This document shows, piece by piece, positions 42,763 to 50,903 of a DNA stretch of 64,000 bases. The notes under the pieces are model-generated. The model had not been told where the DNA came from, did not search any database, and saw only the letters and a program-made list of their open reading frames with translations. The translations under genes were made by a program, and so were the position numbers. The stretch lies in contig DATIWB010000130.1 of assembly GCA_035519675.1 (NCBI GenBank), forward strand, positions 9,629 to 73,628, in the 5' to 3' direction. Position 1 is the first letter of the stretch. Every line of letters begins with the position of its first letter. This DNA comes from Myxococcaceae bacterium. Lineage in GTDB: Bacteria; Myxococcota; Myxococcia; Myxococcales; Myxococcaceae.

Positions 42763-44162
42763 AGCGGCGTTCAGCAGCGGCAGTGGCGACACGGGCGGCG
42801 GCGGCGGCCGTGGATCCGCGGCGGCCTGCGCCACTCGGCCGGAGAGGCTGGCTGGTGATCGGCGCCGTGGTCCTCCTGGCGAACCTCCCCGTCCTCCATC
42901 TGCTCGTCCGGAGCGAACCGAGGCCCACCGGGCGGGTGCCCTTCTCGGACGATTTCACCGACCCGGGCACCGTGGCTCGCAACTACCGGTCACTCGGCGG
43001 CTACCCGCGGGTGGTGGGCGGTGAGCTGCTCTCGCCGGGCACGAAGAACAACCCGCTCTGGCTCGACGCCGCGCTCCCCCCGGACGTGGTGGTGGAGGTC
43101 TCCGCCCGGCCCATCAGCCCCGACGGGGAGATCCGGGTCACCGTCTTCGGGAGCGGGATCGACGCCGACACCGGTTACCAGGCGGTGCTCGGCCCATGGA
43201 GCCCCATGGGCTCGCCGCAGCGGCTTGGCCCGAGCCTGGTGCGGCTGGACGAGAACGGCGCCACCCTCTCGCGCTGGCTCTCGCGGGCGAAGGTGCCTGG
43301 AGACCTCCGCTCGGCGGGCTTCCGGAAGGACTCGGGGCTCCGCATCGAGGCCCCACCGCTCACCCTCGAGCCGTCGCACGTGTACCGGATGCGCTTCGAG
43401 CGGCGGGGCTCGGTCCTGCGCTGGACGGTGGACGGGCGGCTGATGGCCGAGCTGGACGACCCCTTCCCCCTCACCGGTCCCGGGCACGACCGCCTCGGCC
43501 TCTCCAGCGGCGAGTGGGACGTCTACTACGACGACCTCCGGGTCACCCCGGCGACGGGCGGAGGCTTTGCGCCGGTGACTGCCGCTCCCCCCGAGCCGGC
43601 CGCCGGCCCGTTCTTTGACGACTTCGACCGGGCCCAGCTGGGACCGGACTGGCTGGCCACCGACCCCACCGCGGTCTCGCTCGAGCAGGGCGCGGCGGTG
43701 GTGCAGCGCGCCCACAACCACCCGGTGTGGCTCCGGAAGCCCATCCCCGACGACGTGGTCATCGACCTCGAGGTGTGGACCGACAGCCCCGACGGCGACA
43801 TGAAGGTCGAGGTCTTCGGTGACGGGCAGTCGTTCCACCGCGGAGACTTGGGCGCGGCGTACGACGCCACCGGGTACGTGCTGGTGATGGGCGGATGGCG
43901 GAACACCCTCTCCGCCATCGCCCGGCAGCACGAGCATGCCGCCGACCGGGTGACGCGTGCCGACCCACGGGTGGTGCCCGGGCGAAAGTACCACTGGACC
44001 ATCCGCCGCCAGGGCCGCGTCCTCAGCTGGCTGGTCGACGGTCAGCCCTTCTTGACCCTCGACGATGCCGACCCGCTCCGTGGACCCGCGCACCGGTACC
44101 TCGCGCTGTCCGGGTGGGAGTCGAAGGTGCACTTCGACAACCTCAGGATCAAGCCACTGTGA
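42759..44162 (+). CDS. membrane-anchored protein with two tandem LamG/DUF1080-like (concanavalin-type) domains
   Basis: ORF 41670..44162 trimmed to GTG 42759, because the upstream part is antisense to the DUF4159 gene. TM helix WLVIGAVVLLANLPVL. Two about 190-aa repeats, each starting F[SF]DDF and ending ...[VF][YH][YF]D[DN]LR[VI]. Confidence 0.7.
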   Translation: MKRRSAAAVATRAAAAAVDPRRPAPLGRRGWLVIGAVVLLANLPVLHLLVRSEPRPTGRVPFSDDFTDPGTVARNYRSLGGYPRVVGGELLSPGTKNNPLWLDAALPPDVVVEVSARPISPDGEIRVTVFGSGIDADTGYQAVLGPWSPMGSPQRLGPSLVRLDENGATLSRWLSRAKVPGDLRSAGFRKDSGLRIEAPPLTLEPSHVYRMRFERRGSVLRWTVDGRLMAELDDPFPLTGPGHDRLGLSSGEWDVYYDDLRVTPATGGGFAPVTAAPPEPAAGPFFDDFDRAQLGPDWLATDPTAVSLEQGAAVVQRAHNHPVWLRKPIPDDVVIDLEVWTDSPDGDMKVEVFGDGQSFHRGDLGAAYDATGYVLVMGGWRNTLSAIARQHEHAADRVTRADPRVVPGRKYHWTIRRQGRVLSWLVDGQPFLTLDDADPLRGPAHRYLALSGWESKVHFDNLRIKPL

Positions 44163-44185
44163 GCGCGCCCGCCATGCGCTCGGCT

Positions 44186-44262
44186 GCGGCCGCCCTGACC
44201 TCACAGACTATTGTCGCCCGAAGTCACCTCGACGTGGACCTCGACTGCGGCCGCCATGACCT
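44186..44262. repeat. second copy of the GCGGCCGCC-61 nt-GCGGCCGCC element
   Basis: GCGGCCGCCCTGACCTC at 44186 and GCGGCCGCCATGACCT at 44247, with the same 61-nt box spacing and the same first 17 nt as the element at 39201. Lies between convergent genes. Confidence 0.6.
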
Positions 44263-45445
44263 ACGGCTTCGGCTCGGCGATCAGGTCGAAGTCCGGCAGC
44301 TCCGAGCGGACGAACTCGCGCATCCGGTCCACCAGCGCCGCCTCGATCTGCCGCGCCCGCTCCCGGGAGAAGCCGAAGTGAGTGCCGATGTCCTGCAAGG
44401 TCATCGGCTCGTCGGCGGTGAGCCGCTTCTCGAAGATGTACCTCTCCTTGCCCTCCAGCGTCCTGGCGAAGACCTCCAGCTTGTCGCGGAAGAGGCGCTT
44501 CAGCTCCTCGGTGGCAAGCCGCTCGTCCGCGGCAGGGAAGCCGCTCGCCGGCAGGATGCGGTCCCCGCGGGTCCCGTCCCCGTCCTCGCCCACCGGGGCG
44601 TCGATCGAGACCTCGTCCTGACCGAGGCGCTGGTCCATCTCCACCACGTCCTGCTCGGTGACGTTCAGCCGCTCGGCGAGCAGCTTGGGAGTGGCCTCGT
44701 AGCCCAGCTTGAGCAGCCGCTCCTGCTCCTGGCGCAACTTGAAGAAGAGCTTCCGCTGGGCCTCGGTGGTCCCCAGCTTCACCATCTTCCAGTTGTCCAT
44801 GATGTAGCGAAGGATGTACGCGCGGATCCACCAGGCCGCGTAGGTGGAGAGCTTCACCCCGCGGTCAGGGTCGAACTTCTTCACCGCCTGCATCAGGCCG
44901 ATGTTCCCCTCCTGCACCAGGTCGAGCAGCGCGAGGGGATTCCGGTGATACTCGTGGGCCAGCTTCACCACCAGGCGCAGGTTGGCCGAGACCAGGCGGG
45001 CCGCGGCGTCCAGGTCCCCGCTGCTCCGGTACCGCCGGGCCAGGCGGCCCTCCTCCTCCCGTGACAGCAGCGGGTGGCGCTGCACCTCGGCCATGTAGGC
45101 CGACATCGGATCGGCGCGGGCGATGCTCCGTTCGGCCGGGCGGGTGGGGGTGACGGCTGCGAACTCGACCACCGGCTCCAGCTCGGCGAGCTCCTCGACA
45201 TCCGGCTCCGCGGGCTCGGCGGCCTCCGCCGCCTCCTCGGCCTCCTCGACCGGACGGGCCTCCAGGACTTCCTCGACCGGACGGGCCTCGCGGACCTCCT
45301 CGGCCTCGGGCCGCGCCCTCCGCGCCGGGCGGGGACGTGCGGCGGTGGACCGCGCCGGCTTGCGGGGCGAGCGTGGGCTGGCCGCTGCCGGACGGGCGGC
45401 CGGCTTCCGGCGAGGCTTCCCTGGCTTCTTGGGTGGACGGGCCAT
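44261..45445 (-). CDS. rpoH: RNA polymerase sigma factor, sigma-32 (RpoH)-like, with basic/acidic low-complexity N-terminal extension
   Basis: Region 2 LVQEGNIGLMQAVKKFDPDRGVKLSTYAAWWIRAYI. RpoH-box-like QRKLFFKLRQ. Region 4 MTLQDIGTHFGFSRERARQIE. Confidence 0.85.
   Translation of the reverse strand: MARPPKKPGKPRRKPAARPAAASPRSPRKPARSTAARPRPARRARPEAEEVREARPVEEVLEARPVEEAEEAAEAAEPAEPDVEELAELEPVVEFAAVTPTRPAERSIARADPMSAYMAEVQRHPLLSREEEGRLARRYRSSGDLDAAARLVSANLRLVVKLAHEYHRNPLALLDLVQEGNIGLMQAVKKFDPDRGVKLSTYAAWWIRAYILRYIMDNWKMVKLGTTEAQRKLFFKLRQEQERLLKLGYEATPKLLAERLNVTEQDVVEMDQRLGQDEVSIDAPVGEDGDGTRGDRILPASGFPAADERLATEELKRLFRDKLEVFARTLEGKERYIFEKRLTADEPMTLQDIGTHFGFSRERARQIEAALVDRMREFVRSELPDFDLIAEPKP
45244..45289. 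repeat. 27-bp in-frame tandem duplication inside the sigma-factor N-terminal extension
   Basis: CCTCGACCGGACGGGCCTC at 45244-45262 and again at 45271-45289. Encodes EARPVEEV / EARPVEEA. Confidence 0.8.
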
Positions 45446-45528
45446 GGGCGAACGGACGGGTTGCTTCTAGCAGGACCCCAGGGGAGCGTGATTGCCAGGG
45501 TGTGCGGGAGGGATTAAGCCCGTGCTCG

Positions 45529-47424
45529 ATGAGTGACAACATGCCCGCGCCAGAACGCGGCGAAGTTTCCGTGCCTCCCGACGCGGCTCCGGCCCCGGAG
45601 ACGGCCACCCCCGAGCGACCGGCCGAATACCTGGCCGAGGTGGGCTTCGAGGACCTGGCGCTCTCCCCCGAGATTCGCCGCGCGCTGGTGGACCGTGGCT
45701 ACACCCACCCCACGCCGGTCCAGGCGCAGGCCTTCGACCCGGTGATGCAGGGCAAGGACCTGATCGTCCGGAGCAAGACCGGCACCGGGAAGACCGCGGC
45801 GTTCGGGCTTCCACTGCTGGAGAAGATGGACCCCGAGGACAAGGCGGTCCGCGCCCTCGTCCTCTGCCCCACCCGGGAGCTCGCGCTGCAGGTCGCCGCC
45901 GAGCTCCAGGATCTGGCCAAGTACAAGGGCGTCCGGGTCACCGCCATCTATGGCGGCGCGTCGATGCAGGACCAGGAGAACGCGCTGGAGAGCGGCTCGC
46001 CGATCGTCGTCGGCACCCCGGGGCGGATCTACGATCACATCCGGCGGAAGAACCTCAAGCTCCAGGGCTGCCGCCACGTCGTCCTCGACGAGGCCGACGA
46101 GATGCTGAACCAGGGGTTCTACGAGGAGGTCACCCGGATCCTCGACCAGCTGCCCAAGGACCGGCAGGTGCTGCTGTTCAGCGCCACCGTCCCGCCGGAG
46201 ATCCAGCACCTCATCAGCCAGTACACCACCTCGCCGGAGATGCTGATGCTCTCCGGCGACGTCCTCACCGTCGACCACATCCACCACGTCCGCTACGACG
46301 TCACCGACGCGTACCCCAAGCCGCGGAACCTCATCTACGTGCTGGAGATGGAGGAGCCAGACAACGCCATCGTCTTCTGCAACACCCGGGACGACACGGC
46401 GCTGGTGACCGCGGTGCTGAACCGGAACGGCTTCGACGCCGAGCTGCTCAACGGCGACCTGCCCCAGAAGGAGCGGGAGCGGGTGATGGCCAAGGTGAAG
46501 CGGGGCGAGGTGGCCTTCATGGTGGCCACCGACATCGCCGCCCGCGGCATCGACATCTCCGACCTCCAGTACGTCATCAACTACTCGCTGCCCGAGGACC
46601 CTGCGGTGTACCTGCACCGGGTCGGGCGGACGGGTCGCATCGGGAAGAAGGGCACGGCGCTCAACCTCATCTCCGGCCGGGAGCTGGGGACCTTCACCGT
46701 GCTGGAGAAGAAGTACGGAATCCGCTTCGAGAAGCGCGAGATGCCGTCGCCCGAGGACGCGATGCGGATGTGGACCGAGCGGCACGTGCGGGAGATCCAG
46801 TCCGCGGCCGCGGGGAGCGTCTACGAGGGCTACCTCGGGCTGGCTGGGGAGCTGAAGCAGCGTCCCGATGCGGACGACTCCATCGCTTACCTGCTCAAGT
46901 ACTTCTTCGGTCATCTGAGAATGGAGAAGCTGAAGGCGGCCGGGGGGGCCGCCGAGCCTGCCGCCGCGCCGGCGCCGGCGAGGCCTCCGCGGGACCGCGA
47001 GCGGTCGAGGGGTGACCGTCCCCGGCGCGAGGACCGCGGGGAGCGCGGCGACCGACCCGAGCGCGCCGAGCGGTCCAGCCGGGACGATCGCTCCGGGGGG
47101 CGTGAGCGGCGGGAACGGCGCGAGCGTCCACCGCGTCGAGACCGGGCGGAGGAAGGGGCGGCACCCGCGGGGCCCGAGGCCGGGCCCCCGGGACAGGTCC
47201 GGCTGTGGATGAACGTGGGGAGCTCCGAGGGCCTCGATGCCGCGGGCGTCACCGCGATGCTCGAGGGCCTGGGTGCGCCGCCCGGGAAGCTGCAGCGGGT
47301 CGAGGTCAAGCAGACCTACAGCTACGCCTTCGTCGCCGAGGAGGACGCGGCCGCCTTCGAGAAGCTGGACGGGCAGAAGCGGGGCGAGAAGTCGCTCCGC
47401 CTGGAGCGAGCGAGGCGCCGATGA
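45529..47424 (+). CDS. DEAD-box ATP-dependent RNA helicase with Arg/Glu-rich linker and DbpA-like C-terminal RNA-binding domain
   Basis: ORF 45337..47424 trimmed to ATG 45529. Q-motif, SKTGTGKT, DEAD (VLDEADEML), SAT, HRVGRTGR. Confidence 0.9.
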   Translation: MSDNMPAPERGEVSVPPDAAPAPETATPERPAEYLAEVGFEDLALSPEIRRALVDRGYTHPTPVQAQAFDPVMQGKDLIVRSKTGTGKTAAFGLPLLEKMDPEDKAVRALVLCPTRELALQVAAELQDLAKYKGVRVTAIYGGASMQDQENALESGSPIVVGTPGRIYDHIRRKNLKLQGCRHVVLDEADEMLNQGFYEEVTRILDQLPKDRQVLLFSATVPPEIQHLISQYTTSPEMLMLSGDVLTVDHIHHVRYDVTDAYPKPRNLIYVLEMEEPDNAIVFCNTRDDTALVTAVLNRNGFDAELLNGDLPQKERERVMAKVKRGEVAFMVATDIAARGIDISDLQYVINYSLPEDPAVYLHRVGRTGRIGKKGTALNLISGRELGTFTVLEKKYGIRFEKREMPSPEDAMRMWTERHVREIQSAAAGSVYEGYLGLAGELKQRPDADDSIAYLLKYFFGHLRMEKLKAAGGAAEPAAAPAPARPPRDRERSRGDRPRREDRGERGDRPERAERSSRDDRSGGRERRERRERPPRRDRAEEGAAPAGPEAGPPGQVRLWMNVGSSEGLDAAGVTAMLEGLGAPPGKLQRVEVKQTYSYAFVAEEDAAAFEKLDGQKRGEKSLRLERARRR

Positions 47425-47945
47425 GCGAGCGACCGACGGCCGAGGCAATCCGCCAGATTCCCCTGCTCTCGGGACTGACCGAGGCGGAGCGGGCCGAGGT
47501 CGCCGGGCTGGCCGTGGTGAAAACGCTCGAGGCGCAGCTGCCGCTCTTCCGCGAGGGGGACGCCGGCGACGCGCTGGTGTTCCTGCTCGCCGGCTCGGCG
47601 CAGGTGGTGAAGCGGGACCCGGGGGGCAGACATCAGATTCTATCGGTGGTCTCCGCGCCCGCCGTCCTCGGCGAGATGGCGGTGCTGGAGGCCGGTGGCA
47701 AGCGCAGCGCCTCGGCGATCGCCGTGGGTCCGGTCACCTTCGCCACGGTCCCCGGGCCGGCCCTGCGGTCGCGCCTGTCGAGCGGGAACGTCGCCGCGCT
47801 GAAGATCGCCCACGGGCTGGCGAAGCTCCTCGCCCGCCGCCTGGGCGAGGCGAACACTCGGCTGGTCCAGGTGCTCCAGAGCGGGAAGGCGGACGCCGGC
47901 GTCGCGGAGGCACAGCAGGCGCTGGGGCAGGACACGGCAAGCTGA
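47421..47945 (+). CDS. cyclic-nucleotide-binding domain protein
   Basis: ATG overlaps the helicase stop (ATGA). cNMP fold pattern LFREGDAGDALVFLLAGSAQV...GEMAVLEAGGKRSASAIA. Confidence 0.8.
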   Translation: MSERPTAEAIRQIPLLSGLTEAERAEVAGLAVVKTLEAQLPLFREGDAGDALVFLLAGSAQVVKRDPGGRHQILSVVSAPAVLGEMAVLEAGGKRSASAIAVGPVTFATVPGPALRSRLSSGNVAALKIAHGLAKLLARRLGEANTRLVQVLQSGKADAGVAEAQQALGQDTAS

Positions 47946-47986
47946 GGTCTCGGGACGGGTGCGGAGACCTTTGCGGGGAGGACGCG

Positions 47987-48475
47987 ATGGGGACGAAGAC
48001 GCTGTCGCACGGATGTGTCGTCTCGCTTCTGCTTTGCGCCGTCGGCTCAGCGGCATTCGCGGAGTCGGCACCGACAGACTCTCCTCAGGCGAAGAAGATC
48101 GTCGCGCTGGTGGAGAAGGCTGCCGCGCTCGTCGACGCCAAGGGCAAGGCGGCGTTCACGGAGTTCCGGAAGAAGGGCAGCGAGTGGTTCGACGGCGAGA
48201 CGTATCTCTTCTCCTACGACCTCAAGGGGAACGTCCTGCTGAATCCCGCCTTTCCTCAGCGCGAGGGCACGAACCCGCTCGGGCAGACCGATGCCAACGG
48301 GAAGAAGTTCCACGATGCCCTCGTGGAGACGGCCAAGACCAAGGGCTCGGGATGGGTGGATTACATGTTTCCGCGTCCCGGTCAGACGACGCCCTCGCAC
48401 AAGTGGACGTACGTGAAGCGGGTCAGCATCGATGGCCTTCCTGCCCTGCTCGGCGCGGGGTTCTACGGCGAGTAG
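47987..48475 (+). CDS. periplasmic single Cache (sCache_2-like) domain protein
   Basis: Signal peptide. GETYLFSYDLKGNVLLNPAFPQREGTN...DANGKKF...GSGWVDYMFPRPGQ...KWTYVKRV...LGAGFY. Confidence 0.75.
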   Translation: MGTKTLSHGCVVSLLLCAVGSAAFAESAPTDSPQAKKIVALVEKAAALVDAKGKAAFTEFRKKGSEWFDGETYLFSYDLKGNVLLNPAFPQREGTNPLGQTDANGKKFHDALVETAKTKGSGWVDYMFPRPGQTTPSHKWTYVKRVSIDGLPALLGAGFYGE

Positions 48476-48489
48476 GTCGTTGGGCGACC

Positions 48490-48570
48490 GTGCTGACGCC
48501 GGCGCGGGGAGCGGCCGACCCGGGAGTCGCCGAGGCCCAGCAGGCGCTCGGGCAGGACACGGCCTCCTGA
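48490..48570 (+). pseudogene. orphan duplicate of the last about 26 codons of the cNMP-binding gene
   Basis: Translates as VLTPARGAADPGVAEAQQALGQDTAS*, against VLQSGKADAGVAEAQQALGQDTAS* at 47871-47945. No plausible upstream coding frame. Confidence 0.6.
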
Positions 48571-48600
48571 GGCGCGGATCAGGCGATTCCCTGCAGGGAG

Positions 48601-48633
48601 TTGACTCGGGCAGATATTCACCCTATTGGGTGA
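48601..48633 (+). promoter_or_regulatory. putative promoter and ArsR operator upstream of the arsR-AHSA1 pair
   Basis: TTGACT at 48601, 17 nt, then TATTGG. Perfect inverted repeat TCACCC-TATT-GGGTGA (48618-48633) overlaps the -10 and lies 5 nt before the GTG start. Confidence 0.45.
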
Positions 48634-48638
48634 GCATT

Positions 48639-48968
48639 GTGAATGCCTCGGCCCGGCTGGACCACACCCTCGGCGCCCTCGCCGACCCCACCCGACGGGC
48701 CATCCTCCTTCGCCTCTCCGAGGGCGAGGCCCGGGTCACCGACCTCGCCGCCCCGTTCGAGATCTCCCTCAACTCGGTGTCGAAGCACATCCGGATCCTC
48801 GAGCGCGCCCGGCTGGTGAGGCGGCGGCGCGTCGGACGGGAGCACCTCCTGTCGCGCAATCCGCGGCCCCTGGACGAGGCCGCCGAGTGGATCGACCGGC
48901 TCAGGACTCACTGGAACAGGCGGCTCGATCGCCTGGCGAAGGCACTCGAGGAGGACGACACCCCATGA
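48639..48968 (+). CDS. ArsR/SmtB family transcriptional regulator
   Basis: LGALADPTRRAILLRLSEGEARVTDLAAPFEISLNSVSKHIRILERARLV. GTG 48639 within ORF 48432..48968. Confidence 0.85.
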   Translation: MNASARLDHTLGALADPTRRAILLRLSEGEARVTDLAAPFEISLNSVSKHIRILERARLVRRRRVGREHLLSRNPRPLDEAAEWIDRLRTHWNRRLDRLAKALEEDDTP

Positions 48969-49447
48969 GCGGAACCGAGAGGAAGACCTTCACCGTGGGG
49001 CGGACGTTCAAGGCAAGCCCGGAGAAGGTCTGGGCCATGTTGACCACCCGGGAGGGCCTCGACCGGTGGTGGGCCCCGGAGGGATTCCGCTCCGTCGTCC
49101 AGCACCTCGACGTGCGGGTCGGTGGGCGCTTCGAGATCGCGATGACCGCGGTGCTGCCGGAGATCGTCGCCCATCTGAAGGCACTGGGAGTTCCCGCGAC
49201 CAGCGTGGCACGTGGGGACTACACCGAGGTCCAGGCGAACCGGCGGCTCGCGTACAGGAATGCCATCGACTTCGTCCCCGGCGTCGCTCCGTACACCACC
49301 GAGACCCTGATCGAGATGTCGCCGGCGCCCGGTGGCGGGACCCGCCTCGTGGTCACCAACGACGTCATGCACGACGCGACGTGGACCGAGAACGCCCGCC
49401 GCGGGTGGGAGCAGCAGATCGGCAAGCTGGAGAAGAGCCTCGGGTGA
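48965..49447 (+). CDS. SRPBCC / AHSA1 (Activator of Hsp90 ATPase homolog 1-like) domain protein
   Basis: ATG overlaps the ArsR stop (ATGA). FKASPEKVWAMLTTREGLDRWW...GGRFEI pattern. This is the classic ArsR-AHSA1 pairing. Confidence 0.85.
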   Translation: MSGTERKTFTVGRTFKASPEKVWAMLTTREGLDRWWAPEGFRSVVQHLDVRVGGRFEIAMTAVLPEIVAHLKALGVPATSVARGDYTEVQANRRLAYRNAIDFVPGVAPYTTETLIEMSPAPGGGTRLVVTNDVMHDATWTENARRGWEQQIGKLEKSLG

Positions 49448-49480
49448 GGGGCTGGCCCGGAGCGCGGGCGAGGAGCTCCT

Positions 49481-50155
49481 CTACACGACCGCGGCCGGTC
49501 CGCGCTTCAGCGCCTCGCGGAGGGCCTGCACGCCTGCGCCGGGACCACCAGGGTGGGCGAAGACACAGGTCCCGGCGACGAGGACGTCCGCACCGGCAGC
49601 CGCGGCGATCGGCCCGGTCGTCAGGTCCACCCCGCCGTCCACCTCGAGCTCGCACCGGGGCGCGCGCTGCTGGAGGAGCGCGCGGGCCCGGGCCAGCTTC
49701 GGCATCACCTCGTGGATGAACTTCTGCCCGCCGAAGCCCGGGTTCACCGTCATCAGCAGCAGGAGGTCCAGGCTCTCCACGACCTCCTCGACGGTCCCGA
49801 GCGGCGTCGCCGGGTTCAGCCCCACGCCGACCTGCTTCCCCTGCTGGCGCACCTGCTGGATGGCCCGGTGGAGGTTGGGCGTCGCCTCCTGGTGGAGGAT
49901 GAGGAGATCTCCACCCGCCTTGATGAAGTCGGCCGTGTACCGCTCGGGCCGCTCGATCATCAGGTGGATCTCCAGGGGCAGCTTCGTCCCCCGCCGCATC
50001 GCCTCGACGATCGGGATGCCCAGCGAGAGGTTGGGAACGAACAGCCCATCCATGATGTCGATGTGGAACCGGTCCGCCCCACCCCGCTCGGCGTCGGCGA
50101 CCTGCTCGCCCAGCCGCCAGTAGTCCGCCGCGAGGATGGAGGGGAGGATCTTCAC
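49481..50155 (-). CDS. rpe: ribulose-phosphate 3-epimerase
   Basis: ILPSILAADY...FHIDIMDGLFVPN...MTVNPGFGGQKF...EVDGG. GTG start (complement of 50153-50155). Confidence 0.9.
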   Translation of the reverse strand: MKILPSILAADYWRLGEQVADAERGGADRFHIDIMDGLFVPNLSLGIPIVEAMRRGTKLPLEIHLMIERPERYTADFIKAGGDLLILHQEATPNLHRAIQQVRQQGKQVGVGLNPATPLGTVEEVVESLDLLLLMTVNPGFGGQKFIHEVMPKLARARALLQQRAPRCELEVDGGVDLTTGPIAAAAGADVLVAGTCVFAHPGGPGAGVQALREALKRGPAAVV

Positions 50156-50157
50156 GC

Positions 50158-50895
50158 TCAGGTGGACTCCCCTAGCCCGGCTGCCGCCGCCTGGTCCACC
50201 AGGAAGGTGAGCCGGCCCGACGTCGGCGCGATGCCCCGGGCCGGGATCTCCACCACCGGCGCCTTCCCCCGCAGCACCTCTCGCAGGGCCCAGACCTTGT
50301 CCTCCCCGGTCACCAGGAACAGCACCTCCGCCGCCGCGTTCAGCACCGGGAAGGTCAGGGTGATGCGATGGGTCCGGAACTTCTCCACCCAGTTGGCGAC
50401 CACCCACCGGGTTCTCTCGCTCAGCGCCGGCGAGTCCGGGAACAGCGACGCGGTGTGCCCGTCCGGACCGAGCCCCAGCAGCACCAGGTCGAAGCCGGGG
50501 AAGGTCGTCGTCCCGGGAAAGAGCTTCCGCAGCGTCTGCTCGTAGTCCGCCGCCGCCTCCTCCGCCGGGAGCTCACCCCTGATCCGGTGGACGCTCGACT
50601 GGTCGACAAAGGGCAGCCCGGTCAGGGCCTCCCGCGCCATCCGGGCGTTGCTCTCCGGATGGTCAGGTGGGACGTTCCGCTCGTCTCCGAAGCAGAACAC
50701 CATCCGGTCCCAGGGCAGCCGGGGCCCGGCCGCCATCTGCCGGTAGAGCGCCTTGGGAGTCGTCCCACCGGAGAGCGCCAGGGTGAAGCGCCCACGGCCG
50801 TTCGCCGCCGCCCACGCCCGGTCATGCACCCACTGCGCCGCGGTGCGAGCCACCGCGGCCGGATTCTCCAGCACTCGAAGCGTCGGCCCGGCCAT
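50158..50895 (-). CDS. pgl: 6-phosphogluconolactonase
   Basis: ORF 50158..51966 trimmed to MAGPTLRV. LALSGGTTP...FCFGDERNVP...LLGLGPDGHTASLFP. Confidence 0.9.
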   Translation of the reverse strand: MAGPTLRVLENPAAVARTAAQWVHDRAWAAANGRGRFTLALSGGTTPKALYRQMAAGPRLPWDRMVFCFGDERNVPPDHPESNARMAREALTGLPFVDQSSVHRIRGELPAEEAAADYEQTLRKLFPGTTTFPGFDLVLLGLGPDGHTASLFPDSPALSERTRWVVANWVEKFRTHRITLTFPVLNAAAEVLFLVTGEDKVWALREVLRGKAPVVEIPARGIAPTSGRLTFLVDQAAAAGLGEST

Positions 50896-50903
50896 GGCCC
50901 ACC

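Noticed and set aside
47959-48570. 203-aa forward ORF spanning the Cache gene in another frame
   Set aside because: It is Arg-rich nonsense except for the last ~26 codons, which duplicate the cNMP-gene tail. I treated that tail as a stranded gene fragment, not as part of this ORF.
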